Virus record (IMG/VR): IMGVR_UViG_3300049001_000044
Location: 124,001-188,000 of that record
Length of the DNA: 64,000 bases
Direction: 5' to 3' (one strand)
A program made the translations under genes and the position numbers. The notes under the pieces were generated by a model, which searched no databases, had not been told where the DNA came from, and saw only the letters and a program-made list of their open reading frames with translations. Positions 44,562-54,277 of this stretch are shown here, piece by piece (positions within the stretch are counted from its first letter, which is position 1; each line of letters begins with the position of its first letter).

Positions 44562-44579
44562 ACGTTCAGCTAGCTTGTA

Positions 44580-44837
44580 TTAAGCTGCTTCGTCGGTCTT
44601 TGGTGCGTCTTCAGCTGGAGCTGGAGTTTCGACAGGCGCTTCCACCTTCTCTTCAACTACGGGCTCAACTACTGCTTCGACTTCCTTAACGACTTCTTCT
44701 ACCTTTTCGACAACTTCGTCGACGACGTGCTTCACTTCTTCAGCGACGTGTTGAACAGCGTGAGCTGCCTCCACGACGAAGTCAAGCTTGACGCCTGGCA
44801 GAGAGGCTAACATGCGGAGGTAATCTGCTTGCTTCAT
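44580..44837 (-). CDS. Acidic low-complexity protein (85 aa)
   Basis: V/E-rich VVxEV repeats; follows the tail tube gene by 1 nt. Confidence 0.65.
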   Translation of the reverse strand: MKQADYLRMLASLPGVKLDFVVEAAHAVQHVAEEVKHVVDEVVEKVEEVVKEVEAVVEPVVEEKVEAPVETPAPAEDAPKTDEAA

Positions 44838-44838
44838 A

Positions 44839-45429
44839 TTACAGGTTACCGTTCAGTGCAGTGCCGTATCCAGCACCCATCAGTTCTTGACGTGCGTGGT
44901 CGTAGCGGATGGAAAGGGTGATAGTTGCTGCGTCAGAAGCCGAGTAGTCCAGATCACCGTAGTCCGCAGACACGATGAAGCAGCCTTCAAGACGCCATTC
45001 TTCAACAACACCTTCGTTACCGTCCAGCTGTTGCAGGATAGTACCGAATTTGTAATCAGAACCAGTAGCACCAGCATTCAGCCAGTCGCCTGGAAGATCG
45101 CCACCGATCAGGCGCTGCTGAGTTTCAAGTTGACCTTGAACTGCAGCCGAGGCCAGACCAGTAATGTCGTCTTCGAGGGTCAGAGAGACTGGATCCCAAG
45201 TGTGCTTACCAGCAATGTACGCCACCGAGTTGTAGCGGTGGATTGGAACTTCTTCAAACGAAAGATTCGGGCGAGTGATAGTCGTGGCCTGACGAGTCAG
45301 TTCACGCGAGCTCGCCGATGGAACGAGGCGTGCGAGACCAACGAAGGTCACCTGCCAGCGGTGCTTTTGCTTTGGATGCAGGATACCAAATCCCGCTCCA
45401 GGAATACCCATCTGCGATAGAGTAGCCAT
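44839..45429 (-). CDS. Tail tube protein (gp19-like)
   Basis: RPNLSFEEV...IAGKHTWDPVSLTLED...WRLEGCF...DLDYS...ITLSIRYD. Confidence 0.88.
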   Translation of the reverse strand: MATLSQMGIPGAGFGILHPKQKHRWQVTFVGLARLVPSASSRELTRQATTITRPNLSFEEVPIHRYNSVAYIAGKHTWDPVSLTLEDDITGLASAAVQGQLETQQRLIGGDLPGDWLNAGATGSDYKFGTILQQLDGNEGVVEEWRLEGCFIVSADYGDLDYSASDAATITLSIRYDHARQELMGAGYGTALNGNL

Positions 45430-45486
45430 GTTTTCTCCTTAGTACTAACTAAAAGTGGTGTCAGGTCACCGGTTGTCTACGAGACT

Positions 45487-45494
45487 TATTTATT
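45487..45494 (-). promoter_or_regulatory. Late promoter motif AATAAATA
   Basis: Upstream of tail tube gene. Confidence 0.65.
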
Positions 45495-45531
45495 CAACCC
45501 CGCAGTTTACCGGTGCCGGTTCTTGTGTTAC

Positions 45532-46392
45532 CTAAATCTCATCTGCGCTCTTGATCTGTTTCATCAACCAATCATAGCGCTCTTGACGGTTGAAGTGCGT
45601 ACCTTTCAACCCAGCCTTTTCCATCTCTTCCTGCACCATTGAATATGGGACCATGTAGTATCCGTCAGTGCGATAGAAGAGGATCTCATGACCGCTCTTC
45701 ACAGCTGCTTCCAAGTCTTCATTGTCTAGGTAGAGGGTGTCAAAGGCGTTGTGGAGAGATTGGACCAATTTGCCATAGGCGTTCTTTACCTGAGACCACA
45801 TTGCTGCGGGTGGTTGGTTGGAGATCGTCTGTAGCGTCATATCCTCACCCGCGTCATTACGATTTGCAACCCATGTTGCGGGTGTCATCTCATACGAGAT
45901 GTCTTGGAAAAGTTGACCTATGCTCCCTGCATCGGGCTTTGGAGCGTCATTCATCCTTTTAAACTCTGCCCCGATCTGTTGCATGATCTGTCCTTCTTCA
46001 TCATAGGAGTCAGTGATGTCCGTTGACCATCCATATTTGAAGTCGCCTACTGGGAAAAAGAATCCTAACTCTCCATACTCTGATGTCATGGCGGCGTTGC
46101 CTGACGCGAACACAGTTCTAGTACGCACAGATGGGACCTTGCGGGCAAGCTGATATCCTGCGTTGAAGACAAAGTTGAATGCCTTGCCAGAGTCACGAGG
46201 TGGTCGCTCAGTGGGATGAGGGGTGAACCCTGCTCTCATGTACCGTGCAGACACTCCACGAAAAATTGGAGCAGTGGGGTTGGCGTGCAAGTAGGGCTTG
46301 CATCGATACTTGATGTCCTCGCACACTTGTCGGAAGTTCAGTCCAAGTGCTGGACGATCGTCTTGTTCTAAGATGAAGTCTTTGAATCTCAT
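45532..46392 (-). CDS. ART-like protein, subfamily B
   Basis: MRFKDFILE; IFRG...PRDS...VFASG...YG...FPVGDF...HEIL. Confidence 0.65.
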   Translation of the reverse strand: MRFKDFILEQDDRPALGLNFRQVCEDIKYRCKPYLHANPTAPIFRGVSARYMRAGFTPHPTERPPRDSGKAFNFVFNAGYQLARKVPSVRTRTVFASGNAAMTSEYGELGFFFPVGDFKYGWSTDITDSYDEEGQIMQQIGAEFKRMNDAPKPDAGSIGQLFQDISYEMTPATWVANRNDAGEDMTLQTISNQPPAAMWSQVKNAYGKLVQSLHNAFDTLYLDNEDLEAAVKSGHEILFYRTDGYYMVPYSMVQEEMEKAGLKGTHFNRQERYDWLMKQIKSADEI

Positions 46393-47168
46393 TGGAATAG
46401 CATGCCTTTCAAAGCATTGAATTTGTCTAATGCGGTTTTGCCTGGGATGTCTGACGCTGGAATCATGTAGTAGCCGTCTGACTTGGTGATCATGATCTCG
46501 TTTCCTGATTCGATAGCCCTACCTAGATCATCATTTCGGTAGTAGTCTTGGAATGTTTCCTTACAAGCAGCCACCAGAGCCTCACTGGTCACTCCCAACT
46601 CTTTCTGAATAGTTGCATTAGCCTTACCATTGAGAATGTCTCTGGACCACACTCCCTTGACCCAGAGCTTTTGCCAGACCTCTCGACCCATTCGAATGTC
46701 GTCATTGTCTGTTGGATGTTCCACGTCTGGCTTGAAGCCATGCTGTATCAGATTTCTAACGATGCTGCGGTAGAAGTAGTAGTCAAAATCCAGCACATCG
46801 CCAATAGTGCGTGACCAGTAGAATTCGAACTCACCCTTAGGAAATACGAAGGATAGATCCCCATAGACGCGTGCATTCTTTTCATCACCAGTTGCAAAGA
46901 CCGTCTTAGTCCGAACATCTTGTATGCCGAAGGCAGCAATGAACCCTACGTCAAACATGAAGTTGAAAAGTGGGGTAGTGTCTCTAGGATGGCGATTTGT
47001 TGGGCGCTCATAGTAACCGCGTTGCGCTCCGTGAAAACCACGCATCATACCTTTTCGCTCATGCTCGATTTGAGAGAGGTATGGTTGGCAATCTTTCTTA
47101 ATCTCTGCGACAATCTCTTCCAGGTTTCGGAAGGTTTGGTTCTCTTGTAGGAATGTTTTGAATCTCAT
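46389..47168 (-). CDS. ART-like protein, subfamily B
   Basis: Start moved to MRFKTFLQE; MMRG...PRDT...VFATG...YG...FPKGEF...NEIM. Confidence 0.65.
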   Translation of the reverse strand: MRFKTFLQENQTFRNLEEIVAEIKKDCQPYLSQIEHERKGMMRGFHGAQRGYYERPTNRHPRDTTPLFNFMFDVGFIAAFGIQDVRTKTVFATGDEKNARVYGDLSFVFPKGEFEFYWSRTIGDVLDFDYYFYRSIVRNLIQHGFKPDVEHPTDNDDIRMGREVWQKLWVKGVWSRDILNGKANATIQKELGVTSEALVAACKETFQDYYRNDDLGRAIESGNEIMITKSDGYYMIPASDIPGKTALDKFNALKGMLFQ

Positions 47169-47189
47169 TATGTGCTCCATGCGATGGGG

Positions 47190-47197
47190 TATTTATG
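47190..47197 (-). promoter_or_regulatory. Late promoter motif CATAAATA
   Basis: Drives the subfamily-B pair; after a UUCG terminator. Confidence 0.65.
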
Positions 47198-47217
47198 TGA
47201 TCGCCCGGGCGCCGCGC

Positions 47218-47245
47218 AAAAGAAAGGAGCCCGAAGGCTCCTTTC
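47218..47245 (-). terminator. cUUCGg terminator after the sheath gene
   Basis: GAAAGGAGCC-TTCG-GGCTCCTTTC then TTTT. Confidence 0.8.
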
Positions 47246-47261
47246 AGCTTCAAAACTTTGA

Positions 47262-49121
47262 TTACTTCATCGATGCGCCGGTAGACAGCACGCGCATTGG
47301 GATGTAGATGAATTCAGCCGCTTTGACTGGCTTGATTGCAACGTCCAGGTACAGCTCGTTGTTCTCAATGCGTTGTGGGGTGTTGTTCGACTCATCGCAC
47401 AGGGTGACGAAGTCGTACAGACCGCGCTTAGCCAACACGTCGTTCAGCAAACCATCCGCTGCCGACTTGAGGTTGTCACGAGTGATCTTGTCGTTAGGTT
47501 CGAAGACGAATGGGAATGCGCCTTTACGCAATGCGCGCTTCAGGTACATAACCAGACGAACAACGTTCACGCGGTCCAGAGCCGAAGCGCCTGGTGCGGA
47601 AGTCTTCTGACCCCAGATCAACAGACCTTGTCCTGGGAAGAACACGATCGGGTTGACGTTCTTACCGAACTCATACAGGTTATCGCGCTGACCCTGGGAG
47701 AGATTGCTCTCAACGAAGGTGGTTGCGGTACCGAGGGTGCCAGATACGAAGCCAACGGTTTGGATGCCAGTTACGACACCGCGACGTGCACCTGCTGGAG
47801 CGAACCATACGTACGACTGGTTGTCGCTGTAAGCGTAAGTGCGGAGTGCGATACCCGAAGGTGCGCAGACAACGTTACGGCCATCGAGGTTGGAAGCCAG
47901 ACCCCATGGGAAGTAGTACGCGACGTCATTCGACGAGACACGCTCAGAGGTCATCGACCAAACTGCGGTCTGCTCAGGGGTCTTGTTGACTGGAGTGTCA
48001 GCGATTACGAATGCTTCTTCGTTCACGTCTACGGACAGAGCGACGAGGTCATCAACAACTTCTGGGAAGCCAGGAGCAACGATGAGGTTGTACTCGTACA
48101 TTTCCGAACGTACTTCGGTGTTCGAATTGATTTCTGCTGCAAGAGCAGTTGCGATTGCTACACGCTTAGCTGCATCGTTCGCGCCCAGTGGGTTGAACAG
48201 ATTCACAGGCTGCAGGGTGAAGCGGAACATATCACCAGCTGCGAAAGCGACATCGCCCGCATTGATGAGGAAGTTCACGTAGTTGTTGTCGTAAGGAACA
48301 CCAACCAGACCATTCGAGGTTTGACCAGATGCCGAACCGCTGACTTCGTAATCAGTGTCAGAGATAAAGGTGATAGTCCAAGTCTCGTTTGCAACAGGCG
48401 AGGAAGCCAGGAGCGAAGAGTCAGGAAGGATGTTGACCATCTTACCGTTACCAATGCGCTCGAGTTCTTCGGAGGTGTACACCAGATCGAACTGGAAGTA
48501 GTCGTCCTCGTTGAATGGAACCGAACCTTCAGTGATGGTGAAGTTGACCTTCGTCGAAATGAAGTCTGCGTCAAGGCTGCCGGTACCGATGATACCCGAA
48601 ACAGAACCAACGACGGTGTAATTCGTGGAGCTAGTGAATACAACGCTGATTGTTTCTGGACGAACGAATGCCGATGCTGCGACGATGTGACCGATCGTAC
48701 CATTGCCGATACCGAACAGAACTGCATCGGACGCAACAGGGGTACCAACGCCGACGAACTGTTCAGTTGCATCAGTGAGGTCCACGTTTGCGCGAACGAC
48801 GTATGCACGGTTACCAACGCTAATGAACTGATTCAGAGCCATCAAACCGTATTCATTGCGAGCATCACCGTGGAACTCGTTGCCACCGGAGTCTTTCCAG
48901 AAGTAAGGAACACCGTAGAGCGATACCGACTGACCAAGAGAGGTCACGGTTCGGACTACCGAGTGTTCGTTTGTGCCAGCCGCAGGTGTTACACCATTTG
49001 GCTGAAGCTTGCCCTTACGGGTTGCCACGAAAAAAAGTGGCACGGTTGGGGCTGATGCTGGGATGTAGAACGAATCGTCTACGACGGTTACGCTTACACC
49101 TGCGCTAACTAGCGAAGCCAT
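47262..49121 (-). CDS. Contractile tail sheath protein (gp18-like)
   Basis: LVSAGVSVTVVD, YFPW, APSG, WFAPAG..RG, NPIVFFPG, WGQKT, DRVNVVRL, FEPND. Confidence 0.95.
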   Translation of the reverse strand: MASLVSAGVSVTVVDDSFYIPASAPTVPLFFVATRKGKLQPNGVTPAAGTNEHSVVRTVTSLGQSVSLYGVPYFWKDSGGNEFHGDARNEYGLMALNQFISVGNRAYVVRANVDLTDATEQFVGVGTPVASDAVLFGIGNGTIGHIVAASAFVRPETISVVFTSSTNYTVVGSVSGIIGTGSLDADFISTKVNFTITEGSVPFNEDDYFQFDLVYTSEELERIGNGKMVNILPDSSLLASSPVANETWTITFISDTDYEVSGSASGQTSNGLVGVPYDNNYVNFLINAGDVAFAAGDMFRFTLQPVNLFNPLGANDAAKRVAIATALAAEINSNTEVRSEMYEYNLIVAPGFPEVVDDLVALSVDVNEEAFVIADTPVNKTPEQTAVWSMTSERVSSNDVAYYFPWGLASNLDGRNVVCAPSGIALRTYAYSDNQSYVWFAPAGARRGVVTGIQTVGFVSGTLGTATTFVESNLSQGQRDNLYEFGKNVNPIVFFPGQGLLIWGQKTSAPGASALDRVNVVRLVMYLKRALRKGAFPFVFEPNDKITRDNLKSAADGLLNDVLAKRGLYDFVTLCDESNNTPQRIENNELYLDVAIKPVKAAEFIYIPMRVLSTGASMK

Positions 49122-49182
49122 GTTATTCTCCTTGTCTTAAATTTTGCCGGTTCTATCATGTCACGCCGGCTGATGACCTACC

Positions 49183-49190
49183 TATTTATG
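49183..49190 (-). promoter_or_regulatory. Late promoter motif CATAAATA
   Basis: Upstream of sheath gene. Confidence 0.65.
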
Positions 49191-49233
49191 AGATGGTCGG
49201 GTTCCAGTTGCAGAAAAATCAAAGTTTGGACAC

Positions 49234-49983
49234 TCATTCCTTCGTCCCATCGATTACGGTCTGGCCATATTTAGTCGTGAACGGGATCATGTCGCCGTTT
49301 TCGTCGAACTCACCAACGCTAAATCCTGCGAGGTCACCAATCGTGATGAAGATCTTCTTCACCATGTCTTCCTTCACGTCGACAGGGCCAGCAATGAAGA
49401 TAGGGATTTCGAAGGAGAGGGTCCACGAAATGACGCGACGGTCGGTACCGGATGGATAGTTCTCTTCATTCGACAATCCTATCAGCTCGACACGAGTCAG
49501 CTTGGTCCAGTCGAATGCTGCGTCAGACGTTTGGATCTGCAAGTCAGGATCGAACAGCATCAGGATCTGTTCAAGGATCTGATGGCTTTGCTGCGTGTTA
49601 CTTGCACAGATAGTTAGGTCGACTGCCATCACATACTGGATTGGCATGACCCTAGTCACTACCTTCAAGTCTTGCGGGTAGACACCACCGGCTGGTAGGA
49701 AGGTCTTCTTGTCGACGACGCCGATACCCTTACGCACCGGCGAAAGAGACAGGCCTGTCATGTTCGCAGCCATTGCAGGAAGCGAGAAGGGTTTGTTCTG
49801 AGTGTTGCCTGCATTGATCGCAGCAACGACTCTGTCTCTGCTACCGATCACGATAGGGACAGTGATGAATTCTGGCTCGTCGCACTCACCCTTACCAGTC
49901 TGCACCTTCATACCAGCGAAGATGTTGCAGAATTGTAGGAGGTAGGAGCGGAGTTGTCCGTCGTAATAATAGAAATCCATCAT
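49234..49983 (-). CDS. Tail terminator / sheath stabiliser (gp15-like)
   Basis: YYYDGQLRSYLLQF...VPIVIGSRDR...LPAMA...EQILMLFDP. Confidence 0.75.
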   Translation of the reverse strand: MMDFYYYDGQLRSYLLQFCNIFAGMKVQTGKGECDEPEFITVPIVIGSRDRVVAAINAGNTQNKPFSLPAMAANMTGLSLSPVRKGIGVVDKKTFLPAGGVYPQDLKVVTRVMPIQYVMAVDLTICASNTQQSHQILEQILMLFDPDLQIQTSDAAFDWTKLTRVELIGLSNEENYPSGTDRRVISWTLSFEIPIFIAGPVDVKEDMVKKIFITIGDLAGFSVGEFDENGDMIPFTTKYGQTVIDGTKE

Positions 49984-50546
49984 GATGAAGCGACCTCTCT
50001 TAATTCTTGAAGTGAAATTACCGATTTTCTTCCCTTCGAGACGTTGTCAAACTTGGGAATAAATCGAAGATTAAAAATGTGGGCTAGTATTTCTGGCTCA
50101 ACACCGTTATCAAATCCGTGCTTGATAGAGTACTTATGATCAAGCTCGTAGCCCTGTCCCCATTTATCATAGTCAGGAAGAGCTGAAAGATCATTCTTTC
50201 TTGAGAGAAATGCAACCCGATTCCTATACTGAATCAACTGTTGTTTGTACTCTTCCGAGGTTTGATATTTCTCACGGAGAGCTTTGCTGATGGCCTGACC
50301 TCTCTTATTTAGATCAACCGATTTGGCAATCTTGCGGCCCCGCTTTTGCAAGCCGCTTACCCCATTCTCGTCGACAGCGGATAAGGTCTCAATGATTTTC
50401 TTCCCATGTTCTTTGAAGTAGTCAGGATTCTTAGCAAGCTTAGCCGCCTTGATCGCCTGACCTCTTCTTTGAAAACCTGTGAGACCGTCTTCTCCAACCT
50501 GAGACATCTTAGCATGCCAGTTAGCTTTGGCCGCAGGGGTTCTCAT
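49980..50546 (-). mobile_element. Free-standing HNH homing-endonuclease-like gene
   Basis: YELDHKYSIKHGF...NLRFIPKFDNVSKG HNH-type C-terminus; basic repeated N-terminus; inside the structural operon. Confidence 0.65.
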
Positions 50547-51058
50547 TTTGGCATCATCCGTTTAATAGTTGGAAGCAGTGATTGCAGGGCGTGGTGAATG
50601 TCGTAGCGATATTTGGTGAAGCGAGACAGACTGTCTTGCCCAGTAGGCCACTTCTGTTCATCACTCCACTTCTTCAGGACCTTCATACCGTCGATGTAGT
50701 CTTCAACGGCCTTTAACACCACCTCACCGTGCTTGTCCATGAACTGTTTCGCCAAGTCGTAGTGCTCATCACGTGGATCATTGTTGAAGTAGATTAGATC
50801 CGGGATCGTAGTGTTGGCTTGGTACTCCTTTGCAATAGGAGCGAGCTCAAGGCGATACCGCTTAAGTGAGTCGTTCATCTTAGCACGCAAGACCACGAGT
50901 TGATCGTCAACGTACTTCTCCAACTCTTCCTGCTTCTGGAAGGCGTTAGGGAGATCATCAGCGATTGACTGAATCTTCTTTCTGAAGTCATCACTGCGCT
51001 TCTTCTTGAAGTCATCGTCTGCGTCGATGACATTCTCAATGAATGGTTTGAATCGCAT
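50543..51058 (-). CDS. Helical protein with MRFKPFIE leader
   Basis: Start moved to ATG 51058; paralogue of next gene (YRLELAP). Confidence 0.72.
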   Translation of the reverse strand: MRFKPFIENVIDADDDFKKKRSDDFRKKIQSIADDLPNAFQKQEELEKYVDDQLVVLRAKMNDSLKRYRLELAPIAKEYQANTTIPDLIYFNNDPRDEHYDLAKQFMDKHGEVVLKAVEDYIDGMKVLKKWSDEQKWPTGQDSLSRFTKYRYDIHHALQSLLPTIKRMMPK

Positions 51059-51579
51059 CACGCACCTCTCATGTCGTTGATTGCACGCTTGACTTGATTG
51101 CGCAGCTCTCTTCTTGCGTGCTTCACCGCATCAAGCCCATGGCGTTCCTTTAAGGTCTGCAGCCAATTGAACAGGTCGTTTAGGCCTTTCTCGTACTCAT
51201 CGACTGCGGCTTTGACTTCAACATAGTGATCCTTCACGAACTTCGTCACGTCTTTATTAGGTGAACCGCTACGATGGGAGTTGTGTGCGATAAGCTGCAT
51301 GATGGTTACGTCAGAATGGAATCCACTGATGACAGGTGCCAGCTCCAACCTATACTTTTTCAGTTTCTTTTCAAACGCGACTTGGAGTTGCTCAATGCGA
51401 TCCTTGACCTTTCCGCGTTCGCGCTGTGCGTGACCGTTAGCGTGAGCTTTTTCCCGCTCTAGCTGTTGAAGGTATCCTTCCGTGTCGAAGTTCCTATCTT
51501 GAGTAGCCTTGGCACGACGCGCCTGGAATTTGTCGCGGGCGTCGATTACCGCCTCTTGAATGAAATCTTTGAATCTCAT
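51058..51579 (-). CDS. Helical protein with MRFKDFIQE leader
   Basis: VIDARDKF...KKYRLELAP shared with the downstream paralogue. Confidence 0.72.
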   Translation of the reverse strand: MRFKDFIQEAVIDARDKFQARRAKATQDRNFDTEGYLQQLEREKAHANGHAQRERGKVKDRIEQLQVAFEKKLKKYRLELAPVISGFHSDVTIMQLIAHNSHRSGSPNKDVTKFVKDHYVEVKAAVDEYEKGLNDLFNWLQTLKERHGLDAVKHARRELRNQVKRAINDMRGA

Positions 51580-53438
51580 ATTGTTTTCTTCCCAATGCTT
51601 TGCTTGGTGGAGGAGTTTAGAATCTGATGCATGGTCGGTTTAGCCGAAGTGTACTCAGTGCGACGATCTTGCTCAATGAAGATCCAACGGTTCTTCACAG
51701 CGCTGAAGCGGTGCAGTCGTGGAGCAATCTTCGTATCAGTTGGATAGTAGAGACGGAAGTATTCACCATCCTTCGACTTCGTTGGGTCAGGGAGTTGGTA
51801 GCCTTCGACGTACGGTTCACCATTCTTTGGTAGACCATCTTCGACATAGGTAGGCGCCCTTGCTTTCATCTTCACTGGCGCTGGTTGACCCTTCGCGTTT
51901 CCAGTAGGAACAGGCGGAGTCATGTGCACCATTTCAATGCTCAGTCCATCATCTGATCCGCGTTCAGGAACCGCTTTCGCTGCCGCCTTCATCGTCTCTT
52001 CGGTTACTTCCAACACAGACTCATCAATGTGACCAGCACCATCAGCAAGGATCGTGTCAGCGGTGAGATACTTCTGAGTGTCGAACGTGCCGAAGATGTC
52101 TCTCGTTTCTTGCGACGGGATTGCCTCTTGAGCTTGGAAGCGGTAGAGCACTGGCTTCCATCCAGTTGTGTAGCCAACAGACGCCCATCCAGTGTCGGTA
52201 ACTTCCAAGAACTTCTTCACAGGACGAAGGTTATGATCGTACTGCATTTCAGGAATGACCTCGATGATGTCACCGGTAACGATAGGGCGACCCATCAGTT
52301 GGACCATCACGGCATATGATACAGTGAACGAGTACTGATCGAGAATGTTCAGACCGAATTTTGACAGATCGGAGATACTGTCGTTCGTGCTATACTGCGC
52401 CTTGATTCGCAGTGGCTGCTTCGCGTAGTCACGGTCCCTGTTCTCTTGGAAGAACAAGTCTTGCACGTTATTGATGTCAGTTGGTGGGCTATCAAGAATG
52501 TCCAGCTCAAGCACTTCCCAGCTATCGGTTCCAGTGAACATCGTTGGTACGACACGAATCGCTTTCACCAACAACTCCGTCTGTAAATTCATCGTGACAG
52601 GAGATACAGACTGGACTAGGTTGAACACGCCCACTCGCTTCCAAACGTAGTTGATTGGGAAGCTAAACATGTCGCCTGTCATAAAGTCCACACCGCCACC
52701 AATCAACGTGAAGTTGACGATTGTGGAGACAAACTGTGAATTTACCGTTGCGACGCCAAGTTGCTTCATAGCACCCACGACCGGCTTCCACATAACTTGG
52801 AAGGACGTTGAGTTGATTGCCACGAGCGTCACTACGCCTGCGACCGGGTTCTGTCCTATTGCTGTTGGTGTGAGCGTGCCATTGCCAAGACCACTGAAAG
52901 TAACCTCACCAAATTCTACCTTACCATCTGCGATCTCAACTCTAACTTGCTTCGCAAAATTGAAGGCAGTGTTACCTTGCTTGATGACGACGGCGCCCAC
53001 CTTTACCCAGTTAGGTTTTGCAGGGCTATTTTCTGGCTCGTTGCCAGGCCGAGCAGTGACGATACCAAAGTCAACACCTACATAGGCTTTTCCTGCTACG
53101 TCACTACCTGCTTGGAAGCTTCGCCATGCACCGTTGTTGATGTTGGAAATTGGGAAGCCAGGTGCTGGGGTCGATGACATCAGCGTGCCTTTAGACAGCA
53201 CACTACCATCACCTTGCTCATGCACACCTAGCAGCTTGTAGATGTTGAGTGGGGCACCATTGATGTTGAGATTCTCTGCAGCGTAGGACTCCTGCAGCGC
53301 TGTTTCATTGCGAGCGCAGAGGTCTTCCTCACCAGAGATTTCCCACTCGCCCATACAAGGATTAGTGGGAACGTACGAAGGTGTATCGTCGTGTTGGGTG
53401 TTTAGGCTACCAGCCGCGTCTTCGCAAGGGTAAGTCAT
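51576..53438 (-). CDS. Neck protein (gp14-like) with large inserted domains
   Basis: N-terminal AENLNINGAPLNIYKLLG; DLFFQENRDRDY, LSKFGL, GDII, FLEVTD. Confidence 0.6.
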   Translation of the reverse strand: MTYPCEDAAGSLNTQHDDTPSYVPTNPCMGEWEISGEEDLCARNETALQESYAAENLNINGAPLNIYKLLGVHEQGDGSVLSKGTLMSSTPAPGFPISNINNGAWRSFQAGSDVAGKAYVGVDFGIVTARPGNEPENSPAKPNWVKVGAVVIKQGNTAFNFAKQVRVEIADGKVEFGEVTFSGLGNGTLTPTAIGQNPVAGVVTLVAINSTSFQVMWKPVVGAMKQLGVATVNSQFVSTIVNFTLIGGGVDFMTGDMFSFPINYVWKRVGVFNLVQSVSPVTMNLQTELLVKAIRVVPTMFTGTDSWEVLELDILDSPPTDINNVQDLFFQENRDRDYAKQPLRIKAQYSTNDSISDLSKFGLNILDQYSFTVSYAVMVQLMGRPIVTGDIIEVIPEMQYDHNLRPVKKFLEVTDTGWASVGYTTGWKPVLYRFQAQEAIPSQETRDIFGTFDTQKYLTADTILADGAGHIDESVLEVTEETMKAAAKAVPERGSDDGLSIEMVHMTPPVPTGNAKGQPAPVKMKARAPTYVEDGLPKNGEPYVEGYQLPDPTKSKDGEYFRLYYPTDTKIAPRLHRFSAVKNRWIFIEQDRRTEYTSAKPTMHQILNSSTKQSIGKKTI

Positions 53439-54277
53439 TTGTATTGCTCTAGGAATTCTTTGAATACGTCTTCACGAATGAAGAGCGCTTTACCTTCTAT
53501 CCAAGCTTCAACGCCTGGCTTCTCAGGGACGGTTGCTTTTGCAGCGATTGCCGTCGTGAGGTTATTTATCGAAGGATCAAGACAGTACTCCAGCAATTCT
53601 TCAAAGTTCGAAAACCCTTTCTTCGCCATCGTGCGAACTGCTGCTTCAATTGACACCACGTCCTGGTGACTGATTTTGACCTTGCCCGCATCGGCCTTCT
53701 CGACTAAGTCGTAAAGCATCTTCATCGTCCATCCACGAAGAGTGCCACGAATTGCTTCAGCGTCGGTGTCAGGGACGATTCCACGGTTAATCAGCTTCAT
53801 CAAGCTCATTAGGAGGCCATTGAGGGAGTTTAGTCCTGGCAAGCCAATCGATTCCTCCAGCACTGGGAATGATTTCCAGATATCGTGCGAGTTGCACTTA
53901 CCAACCTTCGCGTCATCAGCTGGGATCACGTAGAAGATGTCGCCATATCCAGACGCAATGCGATCGGTCGACGCACAAATGTAGGCGCTCTCACGGCTAG
54001 GATATGCTTCCCATTTCTTAGAAGTGGCGATGAACTTCGTGTAGTAGTTGTGAGTGTTCTTACTCACACGTTTGAAGGAGGTGGAGTCACCCAATTGGTA
54101 CTCGCCCTTGGTGCCGTCGACACCGCGCACCAAGTTTAGCTTACCATCTTTTACCCTCTTCATAACCTTAGACGCATTCGCTTTAACCCACTCCACTGCC
54201 TCATTGTAGCTGACAGCTTTTGATGATGGGACTTTTGGAAGAGCAACCTCTTCCATGATGTAGTCTTTAAACCGCAT
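53435..54277 (-). CDS. ART-like protein, subfamily A, tandem copy 6
   Basis: MRFKDYIME; LVRG...YPSRESAYICAS...YG...IPADD...VEAWIEG. Confidence 0.68.
   Translation of the reverse strand: MRFKDYIMEEVALPKVPSSKAVSYNEAVEWVKANASKVMKRVKDGKLNLVRGVDGTKGEYQLGDSTSFKRVSKNTHNYYTKFIATSKKWEAYPSRESAYICASTDRIASGYGDIFYVIPADDAKVGKCNSHDIWKSFPVLEESIGLPGLNSLNGLLMSLMKLINRGIVPDTDAEAIRGTLRGWTMKMLYDLVEKADAGKVKISHQDVVSIEAAVRTMAKKGFSNFEELLEYCLDPSINNLTTAIAAKATVPEKPGVEAWIEGKALFIREDVFKEFLEQYK

Noticed and set aside
44580-44837. VVxEV repeats as a tandem DNA repeat locus
   Set aside because: Protein-level low complexity with divergent codons, not a DNA repeat array.
47373-49055. 560-aa plus-strand ORF
   Set aside because: Antisense shadow of the tail sheath gene; no RBS, promoter or motif.
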